Below, in pieces: positions 62,951 through 64,000 of a stretch of DNA of 64,000 nt (within the stretch, counting starts at the first letter, position 1; the number at the start of each line of letters is the position of its first letter). The position numbers and the translations under genes are program-made. The notes beneath the pieces are model-generated. The model saw only the letters and a list, made by a program, of their open reading frames with translations, was not told the DNA's origin and searched no databases. This stretch comes from Lama glama (Eukaryota): contig CM052823.1 of NCBI GenBank assembly GCA_028534125.1, positions 40,052,001 through 40,116,000 of the forward strand. The letters run 5' to 3'.

Positions 62951-63894
62951 AGGCAGATCAAGATTATAATAAACTCTACCAGGATATAGGCTCCATGAGA
63001 ACAGGATTTCTGTGTCTTAAATTAAAACAAAACAAAACAGTGAATACTGTTCTTTTCCTTGAATCTAGAAATGTACCTTAATTGATGCTCAATGAATATT
63101 TATGATGCGAAACAGTATATAAATGATAGGCAAGGCTTTGAGAGTAGAGGAAATCTAAGGGAAAAAAATCAAAGTTCAGTGGTCTTGACCCATTTAGAGA
63201 TGTAACAGCTTGCAAATTAGCAAACTCAAGTAAAGTCATCCTGATTTGGAGGTCTGCCACCATCTTGTCCCAGGGAATTTTGTTATGTAGCAACTGGAAA
63301 CTTGCCCATGAATATTCAAAAAAACCTCTGGTATGAAACACTTGCATCTAATCTGCTGACAGAGACTGAAAGAGTTCAAAAGAAAGGACTCCAAATTGTG
63401 ACTTAGTTCTTTTATGAGAGGTATTCGGACATAGGAAGGAAGATAAGAGAGTGTGGGTTTTTGCATGGTGTTTACCTTAACCTATTAGCCTAAGGAAGTA
63501 TCTAAATGCATTTGAGTGTTGTGCTTTTTATAAACTTCCTCTTCCATTCTTGTTTCAATGTAAATGCCTAGTATTTTAAAATTTCCTTCGAGAAGGTTTT
63601 TTTAAAACCACAGCTATTAAGATATATCTTTCACTTTTGAATCATTTTCCTTTAAATATTATTTTGTTGACGGTAAAACAATGATTTACTTATGAAACTT
63701 ATCCATAATTAATTAATTATCTATCTTAAACAACTTAGAATAAATATTCTAAATATTTGCACCCTGTGGCATAGGAGACAGAATGGAGGTATGAGAATCA
63801 GGATGAAATAAAAAACATGACACATGAGCTTAGTTCACTGTAAAATCTAATTTGCAAAATTGACTTGGCTTGCATTGTCTTCTTAAGACGGTCT

Positions 63895-64000
63895 AATTTT
63901 CACTGAGCCTCACACTCTCAGCCAGGTTTTGTGCTAGATGGTGGAGATAAACAGACAAAGCAAGGTGTTCCCTACCATGATGGTCTTGCAGCCTCATAAG
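63895..64000 (-). mobile_element. L2 3' end fragment
   Basis: cactgagcctc...gccaggttttgtgctagatggtggagataaa...ttccctaccatgatggtcttgcag. Confidence 0.6.

Overview
Eutherian mammalian genomic DNA, most likely a camelid draft assembly. The basis is two tRNA-derived SINEs of the vic-1 type plus several short 3' ends of one young L1 family. Five N-gaps are present. The window is intronic or intergenic in character and repeat-rich: MIR, L2, L1 of several ages, MaLR/ERVL LTRs, and hAT and Tigger DNA transposons. I recognise no known protein-coding gene, RNA gene or CRISPR-like array, and almost all six-frame ORFs are chance or repeat-derived. The most interesting unexplained signal is a candidate minus-strand spliced ORF. 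A 23-32 nt first coding segment at 40679-40710 (strong-Kozak ATG, MGKCVC N-terminus) joins in phase to a 132-nt exon at 34098-34229 that has an excellent acceptor. It lies just downstream of a CpG-retaining zone (41000-42470), and there are weaker phase-compatible exons at 24062-24340 and 23362-23530. Other oddities are an L1 reduced to a fused 5' end plus 3' end, an L1 ORF2 with its RT core deleted, and a near-perfect 133-bp tandem duplication of a Tigger terminus. Repeat subfamily names come from recalled consensus sequences and were not confirmed by a search.
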